In this document: piece after piece, positions 40,990 through 52,601 of the stretch
How positions within the stretch are numbered: position 1 is the first letter of the stretch
How the letters are laid out: every line of letters starts with the position of its first letter
The notes under the pieces: generated by a model
What the model saw: only the letters and a program-made list of their open reading frames with translations
The model's database searches: none
Told to the model about the DNA's origin: nothing
Assembly (NCBI GenBank): GCA_025786725.1
Contig: JAHLTZ010000019.1
Coordinates: forward strand, 124,001 to 188,000
DNA length: 64,000 nt
Direction: 5' to 3'
Source of the DNA: Syncephalis fuscata S228
Taxonomy: Eukaryota; Fungi; Zoopagomycota
Translations under genes and position numbers: made by a program

Positions 40990-42079
40990 GGTCCAGTTAC
41001 ACCGCTTTTTCTTTAGCCAGATACTGGCGCGTCGTTTTTAGTCTTTAGTGGCAAATAGCAAATGAAAGCACTTGGTATATACGACAGAATAGCGACAGGA
41101 AAAATTGGTTTGAATTGGTTTAGAATAAAATCTCACTATTTTTTATCATAATTACATTTGGTTAAATCGTCCAATTAAATTATAAAATAAATATTAAAAC
41201 TGCGTAAACTATTAGTTATTTGCACATGTTAGCAAAGGTATTTATAGTCAATAGCCTATTATATAATAATAAACAGTAGTAATTGATAAACATAGATTGT
41301 GCAAGTTAGCTTTTATATACATTAGCTTGTTTTATCCTTAATTGATAAACTAGCTTTAATTAAAGCTGTTTACGGATTTTAAACTCTACCAACATAACTA
41401 AATAAAGCAACAAAATAGAATTTGGCATTGTTTACATAGAAAATAATTAAGCTTTGCATTGAAAGTTTGTATAGTACTTGGTAACTTTTTGATAATAAAA
41501 TGTAGCTATGTGATCATTATAGTCATTCCAAGCTGATTTCGTATTAATCAAAACATGCAATAAATGGTTGACAATGCCGTTGAACAAGTCAAACACCCCT
41601 TTGTAAGTTATATATAGTAACTATTTGTATTTAGCATTTAGTAATGTTGAATATTGTAGATATACCAAATAAACTTGCTGGAATATTTTAACTTGATTTA
41701 ATGTGTATATAATGATCTGGCTTATCTTACCATTGCTAATAGTATTGTGCAAAACTAATTGTAAAGAATTAGTGCCAAATAGCACCATTCTAAATAAATA
41801 CATAATGGATCAATACATTTTTGTGCACTCAAATCAGCAGTAGGTGTATTCTTGCCAATAGTATAGATGTTGGCATAGTTTCATTAGGCATTATAAGAAT
41901 AAATATTACACCAGTTATTCTAAAGAAAACAGTAGTTGGCATAGTTGCAGTTGCCAAATATTACCAGTAGCATAGAAATATTGAATATTCCAGCATAATA
42001 TTAAAGTAAACAATTAACTCAGTAAGCAAGGCCTATAGCTGTTTAGTTGATGCTTGAGTAGACAATTTTTTCGTAAGCT

Positions 42080-42381
42080 ATGAGTCAACATCAATAACAG
42101 ATAATTGTTTCTGTTTAGTTAAAAGGAGAGTTGTGCTTATTTAAAACTACAGCGATATAAATACGATGATTTAGCGTATTGTTTGCATAATAAATAAACA
42201 AATTGTGCAACACCAACCGTATAATAATTGTATTTTTAAATTATTTAGCATTGAAATTAAATTGTTACAATCTAAATGTAATTATTATAATACTACTGAC
42301 TCGGTAAAAGGCTCGGAAATAAAGCGACTATCGTTGGCAACTAATGTGTTTCTGAACCAACGGTTTGGTAATAATGACTCA
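42080..42381. promoter_or_regulatory. Cluster of Gcn4/CpcA/AP-1-type TGA(C/G)TCA sites upstream of the RNA repair gene
   Basis: ATGAGTCA 42080-42087, TGACTC 42297-42302 and ATGACTCA 42374-42381. The ATG is at 42472. Confidence 0.5.
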
Positions 42382-42471
42382 ACGTGTTTCCTTATTCTGT
42401 ATAAAACAACGCCTGTGAAAAAAATAACTCATATTAACTCTCTACTGCACAACATTATCAAATTTAGTTAC

Positions 42472-45400
42472 ATGGAAGGCAAGAACGCTGAAGAAGCTAT
42501 AACATTTCGTTGGGAGCGCGGATGCTTATTCGCAGTCGGTATAGCAATAGAGCAGTCGGTAAACAGCGATCTATTACCTGAAAAAACACAATTAGGAGCT
42601 AATAAACGACATGAACGCGATGGACAACATCATCACATCACTGTAATCCACCGCACTGAACTGGATAGCCTACTTAAACCGGCACCTACCAATTCATTTT
42701 CCACATGGCTAGCCAAACAACAAAAATCTCCCTCAATATCCAGTATGGATATGGCCGAAGCCTTGTGGCAAACCAAAAAGATATCTGTAAAGACTATGAC
42801 GAAGCCATCCGAATTATCCACCACTGAATGGAATGAATCACATTTGTTCGCAGACCTTGGACTAGGTAGCAATAAACAGGTTTACTATAAAGTGATCTGT
42901 TGGCCGTTTGGTGATGCCATTCGTGCTGCACTGGGACTATCCGTAAAGCAATTCCATATTACGGTTGGCTTTCAAGAGGCCGATCGCCATGACATTGACA
43001 AAGGACCCAATAGTCTGCGTGCAACCTACATTGGACTAAACAACAAAAAAGTGTATTTGCCGCTGGCGCGGGTCAGGCTTGGTATAACGATGGTAAAGCG
43101 GCAGTGTGAGTTGCTTCGAGATATTGATGCCATTGATGCAACGTTAAAGGCCCTGGAAATGCACTTGGACTATTGGCAAACACACGCCGACACCACTGTC
43201 GACGCCAATACTAAGCATGAGGTAGCTGAAGTTTACTACAGCTTGTTAGCGGCAAAAGCGTTTTTTATGCATCGTATTCGTGATGTTGATGGCTTGTTTG
43301 CAGTAGCACATGAAATGATAGCATGCCAACCATTGAACTACCAAGGATATGTCTATCAAGGAGATGCATATTTTCAACAGCAAAAACGGGATAGTGCAGC
43401 GTTTGTTTATTGGATTGCTTTGTCCTGTTTGGCTGCATCGTCGACGTCGGCATCTACTGTTGATGGTCTTGCACTGCAGAGTGCAGCTGCACGTCGTGCT
43501 CGCGATTACCTATGGCATGCACTAGAACGCTGCATGAAATATACAGACATATTCATTGAGCTCACTACGGATAACACGTCAATTCACACGAACAATGGGA
43601 TCGTTTACAGCACAATTACTATCATTGATACGTGATGCTTTTTGCAGCTACCTTTGTCAAAAGAATAATGATAATCCATTTGTATACAATGAGCAACAAA
43701 AAACCAATCTTGACCCTGTAGCAACTAAACGTCATTGGCTTGTCCAGCCTGGTAAAGAAGCCTATCGATTACCACGCTATTTTAGCTGGATAGTACCGTA
43801 TTTCTTAGCTGGAATGTCGACTCCACGATGCAGTGCTGATGTGCAAGCACTGCGATCAATTGGATTTTCTTTAGTAGCAACTGCTACTGTAGAAGAGCCT
43901 CTTCCTGCAGAATGGTTTGCTGATGCCAATAATATTAATAATAATACGGCTTTTAGTTTATATCAGCATAGCTTTGGCATATCCAACCTATTCCTTCCTG
44001 TGAAAAACTATGATCCACCAACAACAGCTCAGGTAGATGCATTTTTATTGGCTGCTGTAAAAGAACACGTAGCTAGCCATCGTAGCATGAAAATGGATAA
44101 TAGCACAGCCGACAATACACTTGGACAATGGAGGGCTGTACTGGTACACTGTGGAGGAGGAAAAGGCCGTGCTGGATGCTTTATTATAGGCTACTTACTA
44201 AGATATGGCTTATCAGCACCATGGCCAATGTGCAATACTTGCCAGGATGCAGTAATGTCACCATCAACTAGCCCGACTAACGAGAATGTTTTATGGTGCT
44301 TGGATACAAATTGTGTTCATAATCGACCACCTGCTATGTCGGCCGAGGATGCAGTGGCCTATCTCCGAAATGAACGTCCAGGCAGTATTGAGACAGAGCA
44401 GCAAATGTCATTTTTACGCAACTATGCTAGTAAATTATGGTGTCGATTTCAAAATTGCGGACAAGTTACAGATGCAGATGCATCTGAAAATGATGCAAAT
44501 ACATCGGATCCATTGTTACAAAATTTAAAAGTAACCGGCAATACGGCAGCTAATCCACATTTACTGTTGTTAGTTGGCTTGCCTGGTAGTGGCAAATCAT
44601 GGTTTTCTGAACAAATGGCCAAACGTAATCCAAATTGGAGAGTTGTGTCGCAGGATGAATTAGGTGGACGTGAGGCATTTGAGCGTGTTTTATCAAGTCA
44701 TACACGACAATTAGGACCGAATCATCGCGTTATTCTAGATCGTTGTCATGTTGATAAGAATTCGCGACAAACATCCTTAAAGTTGGCATTTCAGCCGTCG
44801 GCCGCACGGGTGGCAATTGTGTATTTTAATACAGATGTACGTACATGTGAGAAGCGAGCAGCTCATCGTATTTCACATCCTACGTTGATGGGTGAGCGAG
44901 CTAGTCGAGTTATTAAACAATTTGCAGCTCGATTGACGGTACCAACGCTTGAAGAGTGTAATGCATCAGTTATATGGCAAGTCAATAATCAAGCGGGTGC
45001 CGAACAGCTATTAAATCAACTATGTAAAGGCATTAGTATTGATGAAGTAATATCCAGCAAACTTGCCACCAAACTGTCTATAAATGTCGAGACCTCCACT
45101 AACAAAGATCAGTATTCTGCTATGAATCAGCCACTTCATCCTGATAGACCGCCAGTACTGCCACCATCAATGTCTAAAAGCAAAATGGCTGTAACATCAG
45201 AGGTGGCTTCATCTAGTAAAGTTGTTCGACATTTGTCCAATTTTTGCAAGTATCCACGAACTCAACATTTATCTAACTTGGGTGCTGCAACACGAGACGA
45301 TCTAGTACTTACTGCCAGGGACAGGGAGCGATTCTTTCAATGGCATCAAAAGAACAAGCGTACCATTACGGTAGAGGAGAAACTAGATGGTGCTAATGTT

Positions 45401-46087
45401 GGTATACGACTTGCTGCCAATATAAAGACGCGACTGGATGCTGACCATAGTGCGCAGCCATTTCTTGTTCAAAATCGTTCACACTATGTAACTTCTAAAG
45501 ATCATGTACAGTTTGAATCACTACGCTCTTATTTATTCCGCTACCGTGAAGCACTATTAGACATTTTGCTTTTAGATGATAATGATACTACTGAAGTGGA
45601 AACATCTAGCAGTTCAGCAGATTTGGAAGAAAATGAATTGGGCAGTCTTATTTTATTTGGTGAATGGCTTGCTGCTCGACATTCGGTAGAGTATACAAGT
45701 TTACCGGATCGATTTGTAGCATTTGATGTGTATGACACACGGACGAGCAAATTCTGGTCGCGACAACGCTTTCAAGCTGTAATGCAAAATAGCTCAGTGG
45801 CATGCGCTCCTACCATAATACAATGGCCAGCTAAAGAGGAAGCAGCGGCGGTGCCAGCAACATTCGACCTAGTTTTGTCGTATTTGGAACGCACATCGGC
45901 ATTTGGTACGACCAAGGTGGAGGGCGTCGTTGTACGAGTGGACGACGATCAGAATCACTGGCTATTGGACAAGGTTAAGCTTGTGCGTAGTGATTTTATA
46001 GCTGGTTGCGCATCAGGTCACTGGACAAAACGTCAAACTGTATGGAATGGCTTAGATGCTAGTGCCTATGACGTAGATGAAGAATAG
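42472..46087 (+). CDS. Multidomain 'Swiss army knife' RNA repair protein: 2H phosphoesterase, TPR-like, PTP/dual-specificity phosphatase, P-loop kinase, ATP-dependent RNA ligase
   Basis: 2H motifs HHITV and FHITVG; TPR-like YQGYVYQGDAY; phosphatase LPRYFSW, MSTPR, VHCGGGKGRAG, RPGSIET; Walker A GLPGSGKS with SQDE and ILDRC; ligase KYPRTQHL, EEKLDGAN, LFGEW, FVAFDVYD, EGVVVR, KLVR. Two overlapping ORFs meet in a +1 junction at 43538-43647. Confidence 0.88.
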
Positions 46088-46844
46088 TAAAAAGTATAAT
46101 ATTAGTAGTTTTAATAATTGCAATAACAATAATCATAGTAATAAACAGTTTATACTTTATTTGCTACTTTGTCAGTATGCATAGGATAGAAATGGTACAG
46201 TAGCACATGCACATGCACACCACATGTACACCCAGCATTCCATGCTACTTGGTCCCCGTCTTCCTATTGACGGCCATTTAAATGAAGTGTTTGTTAATTG
46301 AATTGTATTCATTGTATAATTAGCTGATAGATATTAAATTACTTCTTGGCATAGTAAATACTATCAATAAAGTGTTGCTTATTTACTATTTATTCTTTTA
46401 CACTGAATCGACGTCATACTTTAGTTTTCTAATCACTGTTGCAATGGATAGACGATATTGTACACCCCCTCAAACATACATGGTATCACATGTAAGCTAG
46501 CCTTTACTTTCCTCCACCAGGGTGACACGAGTGAAGTCTCCAACAGTCAGCATTACCTTGTGAAAGCCAAGTTGGTAATGATATTCATTGACATTTGTTT
46601 GGATACCAGCCATTATTAAGTTTATTAATATGGGAATCATTTCAATTTCATTAATGTTGTCATTTGTTCTTTCACTTGTTATTTTATGCACCAAGTGCTT
46701 TGATCTAAACTGTTTAACTCGTGTTTATTCGTGTAGATTTGTAAAAGTTACAGTTTTATTGGTCTAGGTTAAATTCCGTTCAACCATCTTTGGACGACAG
46801 TAATTGCCATAAATTGTAATATTTTTTGAAATAGCCTAAAGCGG

Positions 46845-49800
46845 CGGTTGCCCTGTTCTCTCATCTCTCTCTCACACACTCACTCACTCACTCTGTGTCT
46901 ATCTGTCTGTCTGCCTGTTTCTCCCCGACCTAACAACCACCGCTCAACCAATGCCAATTATAGTTGTTGAGCACGATATTTGTCTTTTATTTACGTTTCA
47001 AGCTTGCCACCACAACGCTTTCCTTATGGTTTTTCCTTCTACTTGTTTTTAACCGTTTCCACCGCTTAATTTACCACTTTTTAATTTCTTTCTACTTCAA
47101 AGAAAAGCAGTCGGTCTTTTCTATCCTTGTTGGTCCATTTATTGGACAGTATTATTCATTTTACGTTGTTATTGGCGTTATTCTCTACATCCTGCACATC
47201 AATCGCCTAGTTCTGGCATATCCAGCCTTTTTTGCCTTTTACTTGCTTCTGTTGGTGCAATTACTCGACAACGACAATAATAATAGTAAACAGTAATTGC
47301 TAGTATCTTTCGGCGCAAGTAGACTACGCCAACTACTATTAATACTATTAATACTATTATTAATAACACTATTGCTATTACTATTGCTACTATTATCAAT
47401 TGTTGCTGTGACTTTCACCAGCCTGTGTGCTTATATATTTTCTATATCTTTTGTTCTATTTTTATTTACTATTACACTTACGACCACGACAAAGATTGAT
47501 TCGTTGTTATAACTTTTGTTCAGGTAAGCAATACTGCATCTATTCTATGTCGTGCCATGTCTACTTGCTGCACAAGGGTCGCTTCCATTCGGCTCATATT
47601 TGGGCACGGCCAGTACACACTACTGCTCTATGAATTACTATATTGAGTATGCAGGCTCATGCCTTGCTATCTTGCTCATCCTTCCATTCCTTTATCCACT
47701 GAGCTACAGCATGCTTCGTTCTTACATAACTCGTTTTACTCTACCCTTCACATCTAAACGTCATCAATGATACTGGACCGGTTTAATCCTGTTGTCTGGA
47801 CTCCGTATGTAAGAACAATAGTGTCAGAAGCCATGCTATTGCTACCATTGCTATTGCTACTGCTACTGCTACTACTGTTATTGTTGTTCATTATTTACCG
47901 CAACAAGAAAATGTATTTCGCAGTCTCGGCCTTGTATGACGTGTAGCTCTACAGCAATATTATCTGTCTGCATACCACATGTATTCACTGATATAACAAC
48001 AGCTGCATATCGTGTATCACACTTAACCAATCCCAATGGCATGGCGTTAACCAATTAAAAGATGGAAGCTGCCGACTTGCAAATGCCACGCGTGCATCTA
48101 TATCGCATCTTTATGTCGACCGTTGCTTCAAAGTCACAGCTGGTTTTACCGGCCGTCCATGAACATGTGGATATCTATTGAGAGAAGCTAACCGCTTCAT
48201 CTTATTTGCTGCGCCTGTCTTCCACATGATACTGGTATGCATATCCACATCCACCCTTGTAGTATTGATTCGACGCATCTGCTCGTTCATTTGTCCATTT
48301 GCTTGCTCATCGCTCGTTATCTACATACTTACTTTTTAGTTGCTTGTCAGGGCTCCCGCCTTTATTATTATTTCCTTATCATCTTCAATTCCTACTCTTC
48401 TTCTTCCTCCTCCCCTTTACAGTTCACTCCTACGCCGAGTGCACTTTCTCCTTTTTTTCTATATCGCCTATTTCCCCGCTACTTATCACCATTATCTATT
48501 GCGTTTGGTTGTGGGCCACTTTGTTTTTATATTACCGTGCCCCTTGTGCCTCCTTTTTGCCTATACATTGACTCAGGAACGGTAGTCTCCTTCATACAGA
48601 CATACATACGGGATTATCGGTCTTGAGCTCCACTGGTTTTTTTGTTGGTATTATTGTTTGTTTACCATTAGCTTTTACTTTTACTACGTCTACAACGACA
48701 GCACGCCCGTTTATACTTGCACACGTTTACATACACGTCTACACATACACTCACATATACCTAACAACAACAACAACAACAACAACAACAATAGTCATAA
48801 CCAAAACAATACTCACCTTTACTACTACACTTACAATTACATCCATTACTATCAATACTACTACACACCGCTTACTTTCTACTTTTACTTTACTACTTCA
48901 CTTTTACCGCTACTACTACTGCTACTACATTGTGGAATATACCTGACCCGGCTTACAATTTCTTTTTTGTTTTATTCATTCTCTGTTTCAATTTGAACGC
49001 GCGACAGTCGTACTTTCTTTCTTGTTGTTTACTTCGTCGACACTTTTATTTGCATTCGTACTTTGCTGTATCGCATCCATTGTCTTTTTGTTTCACTACA
49101 AGCGTTACTCTGTAAGTTTGTATCATTGACGTGGGTATTTTTATACTTGCTATACTTATATATATATATATATATATGAGTAATATTTTAATACTGTATT
49201 ATTGATAGTTAATCGCTATTTTATAATCAACTATTTATTTTTGACACTTTTACTAACAAATTGTCATAAATACATCTGGGGAATTGATAATAGCTATAGT
49301 ATCAAGAGAAGCGTCGTTATTAGCGGTTCTTACTCGATTATCATTTAAATCGGCTATCAGTATCCATATCGGCACGTCCATTTCGTTTTCATTACTATTA
49401 CACCTACGATTATTTTATTACTGCTAGTACTACAATAGTTATTATTCGACGACAACGACAACGACAACGATAGCGACAATAAGTATCGTCATCGCCACTA
49501 ACATCATCATCATCATCATCACCACCAACAACGACAACAACAACAACAACGATATCATCACTATCATTATCATCGCTTGACAGCAAACGATAATATCTAA
49601 AGAAAAACCAATTACTTATAAGCTAAAACGTCTGCCTCCGTCAACGATAAATCATCTGGATGATCTGTGTACCGCTGTACTGTTAGACTGCTACTATTCT
49701 GTGTTATTGTTGCTCTTTACAGCCTCTACTTACAGACGTTAGCACCGAAAGTGGCCTTTCTTTCTGTCCTACACGTCACTATACCCAAAATTACTCATAG

Positions 49801-52601
49801 TATTTAGCTTTCCATCGGCTGGCCGACCATTTCCAGAACCGGTGACGTTAATATTCGTGTTCTTCTTTTCTAGTCAAGAGAATACTACCAAATCAATTTG
49901 AAGCTTTGACGGTTACGCCATATCATTCTACGCGTGCGCGCTACTTGAACCATTGTTGTAGTTTGCCTATCATCGTGTGGGTGATTTCAAAGCTATTAGC
50001 AACGTATCTGGCATTACTTGCGCTAGCATTGTAGTGTGTGCAGTCTAAGTTTTATCTAACGTTCTAGCGTACGATCTTTAATATCGCTTACTTATGTTCA
50101 TGCAGTAAGTCAGCAACACACTACTGTTTGGTTTTCCTTGTTGCCGTAGCGTTTATCGGCTACTTTACCTTTTCTTTCCGTTGTAGACTGCTTGTCTAAT
50201 TTGCAAAGTATCCATTCCCGCACTCTATTGTCTAATCTATCGATATTGAATGCATTCGAGTCAATAAGAACAGTCCAGTAGCATTTGTTTTTCTTTTACT
50301 TATTTGCCGTCTATCAAGATTTGCTTCTACAACAAATACCATCACCACTACCGCTTTTACTACCACTACCTCCATTTACATTTATTTTCTACTCCAGTGT
50401 ACTCCACTGCTCTCCTTGAATCAAGCAACAAGGTGAAACGCGGTTAGTTCGACTACTGTTAAGCAATAGCATTTCTATTACCGCGTTTGGTCAGTACACA
50501 TCACCAATCACCGCCACACACACACACACACCCTCTCTGTTATTATCGAACCATTATTCGTTACTACCAGAGGATAGTGAGTGAGTGTTTTGAGCACATA
50601 ACGCTATCTACCTTTGTTTGACCACCTTTGAAAGGTAAGTTTACGATAACCATGGTGGGGGATAGGACAAGCGCATCCGCCTTTCTTCTTTATGTTGCGA
50701 TGTATCACTTGACTTTTCGATGTATCAATTTGTGATTACTTACATCGAAAAGTCGTAAAATGTCTTATGACGATTATCGGTGTTTCACTTTCCATTTAAA
50801 TTATTGTGTTAAAATAGCACATTGTCATTGGATGTGTACAAGCTACGCACACTCAATGACATGTGTTCAGCTGTGACCGTTATGTCCAGCTAAATGGAAA
50901 GGTCTGCCTTTGAAAAGTTGGCCTTTCCTATCCGCGCTTGTTCACGTTTCCTGTTTCCATTCTGGCTCACCTGAGTGGTTAACAAGTTTCAACACCCGCT
51001 TTCTTTCTTTCTTCCTTCCATGTATGTATGTGTGTGTGAGTGTGTGGATGACCACTTTCATGCAATGTTTTATTTCTTCCTTGAATGTGTGTTGACTTCG
51101 TCTTCACTCCCACATTCACTGAGTGACTGAGTGACTGTGAGAGTCAAGGCCAGGTCTCTTATCAAGGAGAAAATAAGACACTGCATGAGAGTGGGACCAT
51201 CACTTACTCACACACACACACATTCATTCATATAATATGATTTGATACACGGTTGATTTGGGGTGTGCCACCGCTTTCTTTCCCTTTTGTCATTTTTTTT
51301 GTTCACTTTCAAAATAGTAACGGCGGCAGCAGTGACACTTTATTAAGTCTACATATTTCCAGGCAACGACCCGTGAAGCTTAAACATTGCTTCGCATATT
51401 CTCTAACTACGACCAAACTTTTAGTTCTATCCTTTCTGTTTAGTCGTTTTTTCGTTTATTAACGCTCGCTTGTTGTTTAACCAAGTGCCTGCTTGCCTTT
51501 CGTTTTTTATTACGTTCGCTTTCCTTTTCTCGCTCTATTCCACCTCGTCTATTCATTTGGCGTATTCTTCTGTTCTACGAGATCCGTGCCGTCATCTTGC
51601 TATTCCCTTCATTCCAGCACTTGAGTAGCTCAATCTATACTTGTGCGGCTTTGATTGCGTTATCCATTCTAGCTGTGTAGCATTTAGAGACGTTTACTTT
51701 GTTCGATTGACGACGACGTTCTATACACACGTACCCACGTACGCATACACTTACACACAGCAAAAAAGAATTGACGTACGCCGCTACGCTGGACGTCTGC
51801 AGTCATTGTTTACAGCTTATTTCAATTCTTGGACTGAAGAAAAATATTGTGGCTATCGGTGTTGATTACTGTTAAAGTTTTCCCTAAATTGGCTGTAGAC
51901 ATTACGCTAAATCAATTTATGCTTGCCTATCATTATTGCCAATATATACATATGTATTAGTTGCCGTTGTGCCGTGGCTGTTTTATTAGCTTACACGTAC
52001 TTATCACACATTATATCTACATTGCCCCCGGCTAGGCTAGCTATTCCATATCGACCATTGTTGATTAGCAAAACACTACCCAACTACCTTTACTACTTTT
52101 ACTAGTATCACTACTACTAACACTACCATTCCACATCTATTTACCTATTAGCAAGCGTAGATACACACACACACACACACACAAACGTGCATGTAAGGTA
52201 CATCTACGGTAAAACAGGTTAATCGTCATTTACTACACACGCGTGCATCTACAAGACGTTCATATATCACACACCACCATCACCAACATATCACTGTCAC
52301 CCCTACCATTTTCATTACATTAAACAGCAATATCTTTTGGATCTAAAGCTGCCTTGATTTTTACACATCTGTTTCTAGAGTCGAGGCAACTTTACAGGTC
52401 GTGTTTGCACTTTCCTGTTACTTGCACTGTTTCAAGCGCTGATTAACATCTATCAACGCTCGATTATATATTTGTCACTGTGACAAAAAGTACATTAGCA
52501 TTTTAGACGGTTTATCGTCGTATTATTTCTATTCGCATATTTGCCGATACTACTACTACTACTACTACTATTATTACTATATCATCACTATTGCCACTAC
52601 T
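46845..52601 (+). promoter_or_regulatory. Very long, probably multi-intron 5' leader/regulatory region of the cyclin gene
   Basis: No credible protein in about 6 kb. CT-rich tracts near 46850-46930, 48380-48480 and 51480-51610. Strong plus-strand donors at 47524 (GTAAGC), 49112, 50105 and 50635 (GTAAGT); acceptors at 49208, 50186 and 52378. Confidence 0.5.
50655..50945 (+). ncRNA. Candidate structured RNA element of unknown family in a putative 5'UTR intron
   Basis: Perfect 14-bp stem 50711-50724/50741-50754 and perfect 11-bp stem 50788-50798/50891-50901 enclosing two hairpins, plus alternative long-range helices (see findings). Confidence 0.45.

Noticed and set aside
41600-42090. Possible membrane-protein pseudogene on the minus strand
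   Set aside because: Hydrophobic readings are expected from AT-rich DNA; many stops and no motif.
46964-49115. Many 60-130 aa ORFs in the cyclin upstream region
   Set aside because: Low-complexity translations of ACT/AAC/ATT microsatellites, mostly without ATG starts or domain motifs.
50655-50945. TPP riboswitch, RNase P/MRP RNA or hammerhead ribozyme
   Set aside because: No TPP CUGAGA...ACCUGA core and no CUGAUGA/GAAA core. GGAAAGGTCTG resembles RNase P CR-I, but I found no matching CR-V.
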